DNA of 64,000 nucleotides from NCBI GenBank assembly GCA_013265495.1, contig MU062841.1, positions 7,155,786 through 7,219,785 of the forward strand. The letters are read 5' to 3'. The DNA comes from Vicugna vicugna. Lineage: Eukaryota. The position numbers and the translations under genes were made by a program. Positions 24,501 to 36,500 of this stretch are shown one piece after another; within the stretch, counting starts at the first letter, position 1; the number at the start of each line of letters is the position of its first letter. The notes under the pieces are model-generated. The model saw only the letters and a list, made by a program, of their open reading frames with translations, did no database searches and was not told the origin of the DNA.

Positions 24501-27500
24501 TTGTGGTAATAATGATATCCACCTTTCACCCAGTGCTTCACCCATCTGCTGCTGTTATCTCCTGACGGAAAAGAAAGGAAAGATAAAAGAAACCCAGAGC
24601 CACGTTCCCCACATTCATACGTCTAATATTACAAGATTGTTCCAGTCGGGTTTAACAACCTAAATAAAGACCATTCCAAAAACCTATTCCTTGGGTCTGT
24701 GAGAGTAAAGGGACATTCTAAGTCCCTCAAATCATGACTTCATAGTATCTCATTTAGTCATTCGTATTTATGATATAAAAAGAAAATACCTATGGACTCC
24801 AAACAGGAAAATTAACCTTGACTACCTTGGTTCCTTCCAAAGCCTGTTCCTAAGTAAGAGCCTGTATGTCAGGAAACTATTCTGATAAAAGACTTACAAC
24901 CATTCGGCCTCTCTAGTTAATAAAACAAAGGCCATGAAATAGGATGAAAAATCTTATTTTTTCCCCTTCTTGCAGATAAACTACTTCTAACTATTTATAG
25001 GCTTAGGTAATCAGAACTACAGATACCCTATACCAAATAAGCAGTCAAATATTTTGACCCTTCCCGCATTTTCAGAAAATTGACCCTTTTAACATAGCTG
25101 CCCTCAAGGGGGAAAAAAGAATGTTTTCAAAACTTTGAAAAAACTTTTCAAAAAAAACAAAAACAACAACAACAACAACAAAACAGGACTATTATCTCCT
25201 TGGGTCTTTAAAATAAGACTAATACTGTTCTTCTGAAGTACTTCCCCCCAGCTTGTCCCATCGTACGTTCAAGTTCTTACTTTCAGGACACATATTTATT
25301 TACCCATAACTCACCTGCTGCCAGTTTTTTCTTCTTGGCTTCAGCAAGATCACTCTGGTAAGTCTCACCACATTCAGGGATGACTCCATACAAGCCGACA
25401 TCAGGGGAACGAAGGGCACTCAGTGTTTTGCCAACATCGCCGCTCTCTACTGCTTCATTAATGGCAAAAATTCCTAAGGCAACTATCCCAGAAGAGAACT
25501 GTTACTGGAATAGTTCAGAAAGTGTCTAGATTCACCTACTGGCAAACTGTTCCCGCCAACATCTCTCTGTCTTGGTCAGGTTGAGTTGTGAGATGGAGCA
25601 CCTCGCCACCCCCACTCTCCACCAAAACAAATAAAACTGACACGTACACCTCTGTGCCTCTTGTGTGTCTTTGTTGGACTGACAGATTCCACCTTGGATT
25701 TCATCCAACCACAACACAGCTGACTCATCCTGGGTCTCCTGCACACCATTGAAAGCAAAACAACATTAGAGTCATGAAATCAGAGTACATATCGTGATGG
25801 GGCTTCTCAGACAATTAGATACAGAGGAAGAAGTTTCAAATATACAAGACACACGGAAAAGTCAAATGGAAGAAGCCAGGCATCAAAATACCAGTAAGAG
25901 GTTACAAGAGAAATGCCTTGGATGTAGGTGATGGATATATGAAGATAAATTAGTCACTCAGGAGGTCAAGAGCAGCCAGAAAGGGCAAAAGGACCACACT
26001 GGGAAGGGGCCCAGGGATTTAAATATTGTGACGAAAACCACAGTATGTATATGAATATGCAGTACTTTTTAGAAAACCTCCTTGCCAACAATACTCAGAG
26101 GAAGTTAATATTCTCTATTGACTACCATTTTTAAGACTCTCAAGATTTCATCACATGTAAAGCCAGGAGTCACTATAGGCAATCTAAACTTATTACCAGC
26201 TTCTATTCTAAAACTTGAGTGTTAAATCAGTTGTTGGAAATTTAAAAACATATTTTCACACAGAAACATAATAAATAGTGCTTAGTTTCCTCAATATGGC
26301 CAACAAAGCCTCTCTACTCCACAGTGTAGTTTGAGTTGAATACTAGGGACAGAGGTGAAATAGAAGTGGAGTCTTTTTCTCCAGAAAAGGTGAGGCACCT
26401 CAGGTGTTAAAGTAATCAGGTTGCGAGAGTCATGTTTGAAGAAATCCTGGCAGACCCAACAAAAGTAACTACTCCTAAGGCTTGAGCTAAGAGCAGTTGG
26501 GATAAATAGCAGCTCAAAAATCCATCAAGACTACCTGATGTAAATATAATTTACCAAAGTACCAATGAGGTATCTGGGGTCAGTAACTATAACCATGTTG
26601 CCAGATGTAGAAGGGTCTGGGCTCTGAGGCAAAATGGAAAGTTTCCGTGCCTTCAGCAGGCCCAGGAGTTGAACTTGTAAAACCTTAGAGGAGGCTTGGC
26701 TTTCTTCCTGCATTACTTAGGGAAGAGACACAATATGTCACTCAGCAAAGCTAAGCAGTCACAGATCCCTGCAATATATAAAGCATGGTGGCGACAGGAT
26801 AAGGCCAAAGGAAGGCATCTGAAATCGAACCAGTGATTTCTCCCTAGAAAGAAAGATGTTTTAACTAAATTAATTATAAGTGCTGGGGTTACAGTAGTAA
26901 GGGGCACTATCCCAATTTAAGAAGTTCACAGTCTTGAGAAAGGAAAGGAGTAACCAGATAAAGAGAATGCAAGACCAAGTCACCCACTAGCAGGAGAACT
27001 TAGCACTTTCCTACCAATGGTCACTTTCTGTTACTAAAAATAGAACATGGCTGCACACAATCCCTAGAGTCCTATGAATAATTACTGGAAATGTTAAGAA
27101 ATAGTTTCAATATGAGACAATACAATGAGTCAGCCACAGCTTTGCGACAACTTAAACTGAGAGTCATAAGCTAGAGGGCTGAAGGTGCAGTCTCTAAGAG
27201 AAGTGGCATAAACATCCTTGTACCCTAAAAACAGAACCAGGCCGTATTTAGTTCACGTTAAGGCCAGTCACACATTAGATATCTCTAAGCTGAATCTATA
27301 ATAAGCAAAGCTGGGAGGCTTGGCACAACCTTCCTTGCATCCAGAGAAAGGCATAGCTTATCAAGAACTCTAACCATTCAGAGTTCTGTCTTCTCTGCCC
27401 CATACAGACTACAGCAAAAAGATTAAAACAAAACCTTCCATACATTCTCCCCTAAGAAACAAGCGACAGAACTGTGGTATGAAAGACAAAAAAAAAAAAA

Positions 27501-30500
27501 AAAAAAAAAAAACAAAGGACAGGGTCTCAGGTGTGTCAAGGAAATATGATTTCCTCTTCACCAGACTGAAGAAGGAAAGGTAGACGACATACATCGTCTC
27601 ATTCCAGTGTAAGGGAAGAACAGGTTCTCTCTGCTCCAATTAGATCTAAGAAGATGACAAAAGCCAACATCCTCCTGTGAAAGTTTGCTCTAAAGATCAA
27701 CTCAAATCACTTAGTAGGGAGTTAAAACTCTGAATGAGATACTTAAGAGAATATTGAGATAAAACAGATTTAATATGAAAATCCTTTATAAAATATACTG
27801 AAATAATGTCCCCTAACAATACTGACACTTAGAAGCACATCAACTGCATTTTAGAAGAGGCAAAGAGATAGGGACCAGAAATAAGAATCAAAGAGGAGTG
27901 GGCAATGATTGGAGATAAAAGAGGTGGAGGAGCCACAAGATACAAGGAAGGGAAATGGAGAAGAGATGGAAGAATGGCCCTTATGTGTGTGCATATATAT
28001 GGGAAGCACATGCACACACACACCAGTAAAGGGCACTTCTCACCCCTTAAAACTCTCTTAAAAGTGTCTCCAGTTATACGTGGCATGGATGCCTGTGTGA
28101 CGATGAATATTACACATATGTAATGCATGTGTAAGTATTATATATATCTGTGTATTAGAAATTTAGTACATATATGTATAATATAAATGAAATGTTTTAT
28201 CTCTCATCACACATACATACACATGCAAACCATGCCATATATACATGTAAAACACACATACATGAATCTATACAACATATATTTATCAACACAAGCACTG
28301 ATCAAACAGAGTGGAGCAGAGATCTTATGGCCCCTTCTTGGTTTAGGCATTAATCCTTTAGCTGCAGCATAGTGGAAGTTCAGGGAGAGCTAGAACTGTG
28401 GGTGGCACAGATTTGGGAGGACCGGGACTGCACCAATGTACCAAACAAAAGTATTTGAGTAGTCTAACAACTGGTACAGCTATGCCAGTACATATGAGCT
28501 GATTTTTAGCGACATGCATGTATGCATGTCAGTGTACACAGACACTGTGAGGTGGGGGAAGAAAAGAGAGACTTAAGAATCATTCATATTTCTAATTATA
28601 ACATGGGTTCCTTGAGAATCCCTGATGTCCATGCCTTGGCATTCAGACAATATGACCCAATGACCAGTAATCTACTTTTTAGTATTTCAAAGGCACTAAA
28701 TTTAAATAGAGATGTGACAACAGTGAAAATGGTAGAGGAAGGTCCTCTGAAAATCCCCTCCTACATAAAAGCAACAAAAACACTGACAAAAATCATCAGA
28801 ATCAACTTTTCAAAACAACAGAAATTAACCAAACACTTGCAGCAATCAAAGAGTTTATTCAAGAAAAACAGTTGAACTCAGTAAGGACAGTGAGCTTTGT
28901 GGCACTTTAAATCGCCCTATTCTCTCCTGTGTTCTGTCCCCCCTCCCTCTACCCCATACATATCTACCTCCTTCAAAGCCCTATCTATTCAGAGAACAGC
29001 CTTTAGTTGACCTGTTAGGTAGTTCCTTGGAAGACCACAGCTAGGCTGTCTTTATTTGACCTGACTTAGAGCTTGCCCAGTGCAAACAGCTTTTTCTCCA
29101 GGGGCATTTGTCCAAAACAGTAAGAGGTAATTGTTTCACATCACAGATGTCTGAGGCCGTGGATAAAAATTTAGGCAAATAATAGGCTAACCAAAAAGCT
29201 TAAAAGGAAAAGCTAGAGAATGATATGTCCACAGAGATCTTTGAAAAGCTCTGAAAAATTCCTGGGATGGGAATCTAGAAAGCCAAAGTGTATGTGTGGG
29301 CTGTGTATATGCTCAGAAAAAACCTGATAAGGCTGTAAGCTCTCAGCTCTGGCTGACCTTAAGGCTCTGGGCAAGCATGAAGTGAAGGAAAGCAAAATTG
29401 TTAACAGCCTAGCTGAGTGTTGAAGGCATGCCTCAACACACACAAAAGCCCTCAGCAAAGGCTGGGAGCTTTACTGGTTCTAGGCATTTAAGAAAATTTC
29501 TGTCTAATCATTAACTGACCACTAGTAACCAAGCAGAGACTTCAGTGGACACACAAGAATCTAGATTTCCAGAGTTGCCCCATTATATATTATTAAAATG
29601 TCCAGATTTTAAATTACAAGATATGCAAAGAAACAAGAAAGCAAGGTCCAAACAGGAAAAAAGCAAACAACAGAAATCACCCAGATTGAACTTAGTAATA
29701 AAAACAAACCAGTTACCTTAAATATATTCAAATAACTAAAGGAAACCATATCTAAAGAACTAAAGGAAAGTATGAGAACGTCTCACCAAATAGAGATGAG
29801 ACTGACTGATTGATTTTAAAAGAAACCAGATTAAATTATGGAATTGAAAAATACAATGACTGAAATGCAAAATTCACTTGAGGGACTCAGCATATTTGAG
29901 CAAGGAGAAGAATCAGTAAACCTGAAGATAGGTCAATTCAAATGATGCAGTCTGAAGAACAGTATCCAGTCTAAGGAACAGCAAAGAAAAGGAAAGAAGA
30001 AACATGAACAAAGCCCCAGAAACCTGTGGACACCATCAATAACACTAATATATGCACAATGGAATTCTCAGAAGGTAAGGAGAAAGAGAAAGAGGTATTT
30101 TACTTGAAGAAGATCTGAACAGACCTATAACAAATATAGATAGAGATGGACTCATAATCAAAACATAGTCCTACAAAAACAAAAGAAAACCAAAAATGCA
30201 GGACCATATCATACGGCTTCACTGGTGAATGCTACCAAATGTTTAAAGAAGAACGAATATCAATTCTTTATAAACTCTCCTGAAACATAAAAGAGGAAGG
30301 AACACTTCCCCATTCATTCTATGAGGCTTTCATTACCCTGATACCAAAACCAGACATGAAGATATTATAAGAAAAACAGGCCAAATTTAAGTTAAGATAT
30401 TTTGCTCGCTAAATTTGGAACTCAGCTGATTATTTTTAAAACTACTCCCAAGAGAAACTTAGAAGTTGAGCTGAAGCTTAAAAAAAGACAGTTACACCTA

Positions 30501-33500
30501 AACTGCAGTCTACCAGCTGAGCCTGGCAGTGTTAAGCAACTTTTCCTATCTCTCCTCTGCCTCTGCCTCTGCCTCTGATGAACTCTGTTTTATTATTCCA
30601 CAACAAAAGGAAATGCTTCAAACTCTGGTCACATCCTCTAAAAGTTCAACTCCCATGACCCAAACAAAAGGAGGAGTCAGGCCCATCACATGAGTGAGAG
30701 CAGGTACAAGTTATATCCTCAATCTACTTTCATTTTTCAGACATAGACCCGGACCTATTCTTTCAGAGCCCATTCCTCTGTCAGATATAAGACTCCTTTT
30801 GGACTAATAACGTAGCAAAAATGACATTAACCACCACTGGCCTATGCAGAATCATTGCAGCCAGGCCCCAGGTTACAGATTCTGAATTAGCAGAAACAGA
30901 GTTAAAGCTTAGGAATCTGTATTTTAAAAAATGACTTTTCAAGTGTTCTAATGGGGGAAATGATATAGCTCAAGTGGGAGAGCACATGCTCAGCACCCAA
31001 GAGGTCAGGGGTTCAATCCCCAGAACCTCCTCCAAGCAGTAATCAATGAAGAAACCTAATTACCTCTCCCTCATAAAACAAACAATACAAGTCAAGTGTT
31101 CTAATGATCAGTCAAGTTTGGGAAGCTCTGATCCAATATACTGATACCAAAGACAGACCTCCATTTATAGCTTCTTGACAGCCAGCTGCTCCTGACCTAA
31201 GTAAAATGAGTTAATGCCTTTGTCTCAATTTCCCCACTACTAACCAGGAGTTGTGATTCAACCCTCACCATTGGAACAACTGACCTGCATAATAATAAAC
31301 CTCTTAAAGAAAAACCTGGTACTTGCTACATTTACATGTTTAGGACACAGTAATGTCAACTACTCTCATGACAATGGAATCAAAGGAGATCTATCAATAT
31401 TATATTTCCCACATCTCCCCCACAACCCAAGCTTACAGAGCCCGCAAGGGTGTCAGTGTCCAAAATCTCCAATAACACGAAAGCCCTGGTCTGTTTTACT
31501 ACTTTTGGCTTCTCAGAAAGAATCTGACCCCCTGAATAAAGAACTTCTCTGAGCTCTTCTGCCTGCTGCAAGAAGCTCACTGTAGGGACCTTCTAAGCCA
31601 GGAATGAAAGCTCTGTGCTCCTCCTTATCCAACTGTTGTTAGTTAGGAAGAACATTAAAGGAGATGAATCACAATTTAGAAAAACATATGTCATTATGCT
31701 TTAATCACAGAACAAGTACCTGAGAGCCTACTCTACACACGACGTCCTATTCAGCAAAAGGACTATTTCCTCAACAAACTATCTGAGAGGCAAGACAAAC
31801 TTTTTAAAAGATTGGTTTGTGTTACAATTACTTTGGAAAGCTTTTATAGTCATAATGTTATTCCTAATAGCCATAAAGTGGAAATATGACCATCAATTCA
31901 TGAACAGATAAATAAATTATGGGCTAGCCATACAATGGAATATTATTCAAAACAAAAAGAAAATACAAATACATGCTACAGCTTAGATAAACCAAGCTAA
32001 GTGAAAGACGCCAGTCAGAAAGGACCACACATACAAGATCCCATTTATATGAAATGTCCAGAATAGACAAATCCAGGCAGAAAGTAGACTGATAATAACC
32101 TAGGGCTGGCTCTCTGCTTGAGGGAAATGAGGAGTGACTACTGATGCATACCAGGTTTCTTTCTGGGGTGACGAAAATGTTCTAAAATTGACTGTGGTGA
32201 TAGTTGCACAATTTCATGAACAGACGAAAAACCACTGAATTGGACATTTTAAAATAGTGAGTTATACAAAAACAAAAACAAAAACAAAAACAAACAAAAA
32301 AGCATAAATACAAAACAGAAATAGACTCATAGACATAGAATACAAACTTGTGGTTTCCAAGGGGTTGGAGGGTGGGAAGGGACAGACGGGATTTCAAAAT
32401 TGTAGAATAGACAAACAAGATTATACTGTATAGCACAGGGAAATACACACAAGATCTTATAGTAGCTCACAGAGAAAAAAATGTGACAATGAATATATAT
32501 ATATGTTCATGTATAACTGAAAAATTGTGCTCTACACTGGAATTTGACACAACATTGTAAAACGATTATAAATCAATAAAAAATGTTTAAAAAAAGTGAG
32601 TTGTATGGTATGTGAATTATATCTCAATAAAGTCATTATTTAAAACAACAATTTTATGACATTATCTACTAAAGCTTAACTAACACATGTATTCCCTATG
32701 ACCTACAAATTCCACTTCTAAATGTATACCTAAATAGAAATGCATACATATATTTACCAAAAGACATGTACTAGGATAACCATTGAAGCACTATTTGTAA
32801 TAGCCATAAAGTGAGAAACAGCTAAAAACTCACCAATAATAGAATACATAACCACAAAACAGAATAGTACACCACAATGAGAATGAACCAACTACTGCTA
32901 CATGCAACCACATGGATGAATTTCACCAACATTGTATTGGGCAAAAGAAGCCAGACACAAGAGAGTACATAATGTAGGATCTAAGTTAAGTACAGCTCAA
33001 AACCTGACAAAATTCAACTGCGGTGTTAGAAATCAGGACAGTAGTTACCACAAGGCTGGGGGAGTAAATAAGGATGGAAGGGGGGCTTCTGTTAATGTTT
33101 TTTATAATCTGAGCACCAATTACATAGGGATGCTCACTTTTGAACATTTATACAACCGTATGCTTATAACTTATGACTTTTTCTGGATCTCATATTTCGA
33201 TACAGAATTTATTTAAAGAGATGTTAAGAGATGTGTTTACAACAGTAACAGCAAAGAACAACAAAAAACCAAATGTGTAAAATAGCATAAGCTTCCGGAA
33301 GGTGGAGTCTCTGTCTCTCGCACTGTGTTGCCCTCCAGTGCTCTGAATCTAAGGGTGCCCAAGAATAGGCACACAGTGAACCTCCTTACCTCTGTCTCAG
33401 TTCTAGGAGGAATGAAGTTCTCTGAAGAGAAAGGATCAACTTTGTGCCACTCACCTGGGCTTTTTCTCTCTTTGCCCTGATCAGTGTGTCTTGGTAATGC

Positions 33501-36500
33501 TGGGCGACTTCTGCAAGGACCCCCTCAAGTTTAGCTGCAGGAATCTGCAGAGCCTGCAGGGTCTTTTGGGCATCACCTTCATCCAGGGCTTCATTAATTA
33601 AACCAATGGCTAAAATCCCTAAATAAAAAAGAGACTAAAGATTATTTTTTAATTAAAACATTATATAAATAAGTCTTTTAAACATGCTAAATGATCATAA
33701 ATCCTCTATTCAAGAGTTACCATGATTCAAACTAAAATTTGTCATTCATAATACTAAGCAGCATTTAATTTTTTTCCTTTAAATTTAGTGTTTGTTTCAT
33801 CTAAGTAAATCTCCTTGTATCCATACTCCTATTGAAACCTGAAGGCCTTTTGTTTTATTTTTAATTGCTCTAACTTAAGGGTGATAATGATTGGAGGGGG
33901 AGGGTATAGCTTAGCATGTACAAGATCCTGGGTTCAATCCCCAGTACCTCCATTAAATAAATAAATAAACCTACCCCCACCCCAAAAGGCACCAAGTATA
34001 ACATTTTTATAGAAAAAAAAAATGAGGCTTAGGGATCCCTTCTCCAAGATTACACAGCAAACAAGCAGCAGGTAGAGAATCAAAGCTCAGGGCTTCCCAC
34101 TCCAAGGCAAGGCTCCTTCCACTAAATCACTGTATATTTCTCACAGGAAATACTAATTAAAACTAGAAATGTTCACTCCTCAGGTATCCTAGGCAGCTGG
34201 CCTACTTTTGTAAAGACCCTATTGTATAATAAAAAAAAATCTGACTTTCTTTCTCCCTGTTTTATGGGTAGAAGCCTCTAAACCCTTGGAATTTCCCAAG
34301 TGATAGGAGTATCTTTGTTATTCATGGTGGGCTCTTAGGACCACACCTGAGTTTATGCCAACCAGGTGACTTCTGGTGGATCCCTAGATAGCTTCTGGAT
34401 GGGGGCTCGTCATGCTGCAAAGACCAACCATGTGATTAGAAGACTGGGGCTTTGAGCCCTTTGATCACCAGGATATCAGCACAGCCTCCTTATCTCCAGG
34501 GAGGGGTGGTAGACTGGAATAGTTCAACCAATATTCAACCAATTATTCATACGTAATGAAGCCCCAGCAAAAACTGTGGATATAGCCAAAGCTCAGGTGC
34601 ACTTCCCTGGTGGCGATACACATCGATGGGCTGGGAGGGCAATGCATCCTGAGGATACACAAGCTTCAAATCTGGGACCCTACCAGGCACCCCCTTATTG
34701 GGTTCTTCTTTAGACTGGACCAGATTTGCATCGTTTATAAGGAAACTGTAATCATAAGTATAGTTCTTTCCTGAGTTCTGTGAGGCATTCTAGCAAATTA
34801 CTGAACCTGAGTGGGTAGAGGGAGACCACTGAACATACGGCCAGTTTTTCAGAAGTGTGGTGACCTGGGAACTCCAGAGGGTAAGGCTGGTGTCTGAAGT
34901 GAGAGGAGTCTTGGGGAGGATTGTGCCCTCAGTCTGTGCAATATGATCTAACACTAGGTAGTCAGGGTCAGAACCACTTGTTATAACAGCATTTTAAAAA
35001 CAGACCATGTTCAATTCACCTCCTGAAAAATTTAATGATTACATACATATCTAATTATAATAGTTGCCTGGAGTTTTGAAAACTACATCCAACCTTAGGT
35101 TTAGAGTTTATACATTTTTCAATTTCCAAAAATCCTGCCAGGAGTAGCATTTAGAATCAGCTCATGGAATCACACTGTCTTTACCGGTGACATTATCTGG
35201 GGGGACAGGAAGTAGATTACTCACTCTCATGTTCCTCCTGCACCACCAGATTCACATGGTCCACACAAGCTTGGATGTCATTCCACGTAATAAATTCATT
35301 ATTCTCTGCATGTGCCTGAGCTTTCAGTTTCATCAACTCATCGAGATATCTGCTCCATTCCCCCACAAAAGGAAACAATGAAAGGTAATATAAGAAAAGG
35401 GACCTTCAGGATTATTTTGGGTGACAGGAATGAGAAGACTTAGGAATAAAGGATCCAAGGAATAGAGATAGCAAAGGTATTCCAGGGGCCAGCTTTGGGA
35501 ATGAGGAGTTACCTTGAACAAAGTGCAAAAATGCAAGAATATCACTTATTCTTAACAGCCTATTACATGGTCTAAATTCCAGGCAAGACCAACTCTAGAA
35601 TCAGAGGCAGCAGCTCAAGTGATTCCTCTAAAGACAAGAAAACAAGGCTATATACCAGCTAATAAACATAGAAGGAATGACAGATCAACAAATCACCATT
35701 AAAGAACTCTCACTGAAAGTATAGATTTCAGCAAGGATTATCAACTGGGGTTAAAAATATTAGGTGAATGGTAATGGGGAATTGGACATTTTGATGGTGC
35801 AAAAGTCTGCCTCTTGTTATGAGAAAATATGAAACACACACTACCAAAAATATTTAATTGAATCTTGACAAACTTTTAGACCTAATTTCCAATTTATAAG
35901 AATAAACCAAATATTAGGAAGCAATCAGAACTGAAGATGGGACATTTTATAGGACAACTGACTCCATCTCTTTAACAACTCACTGTCAATAAAGAAAGGG
36001 ACAATACTGGATTAAAAGATACCAAAGGGACACAACAGCCAGATGTAACATGTGGTCCTGGACCGGATCCTGGTTTGAACAAACCAGCTGGAAAGAACAG
36101 TTTTAGAACAAGTGAGGAAGTATGAAAATGGACTAGGTTTAGAGGGTATTAAAGAAGTACTGTTGATTTTATCAGGGTATAAGAGAGTGTTAATTTTGAT
36201 ACATAACAAATAGCCTCATTGTTTTACATAAGCATATTTACATATTTAGGACTGGAATGTTAAGATACCTGAAATTTACTATAAATCCTTCAGCGTAATA
36301 AAGAATAAAATAAATCAAAATAGAAAAGAAAAAACAAAAAAGATGATCACAGTAAAGTCACAATGCCTGCAAAGAAAATAAAAGTTCTGGCACACAAAAG
36401 ACAGAGGTACGGCTACCTAATGGATTCAATCCACCACTCTGGGCACCCACCTCTGACAGTTTTCTTCTTCAATATTGGTAAGGCCTGTAACTGAACTGCT

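Noticed and set aside
25483-25647. In-frame retention of intron 16 (165 nt, a multiple of 3)
   Set aside because: The reading frame hits a stop at about 25532.
28715-30380. Potentially active L1
   Set aside because: It is heavily diverged and internally deleted, with no ORF1 or ORF2 reading frame in the ORF track.
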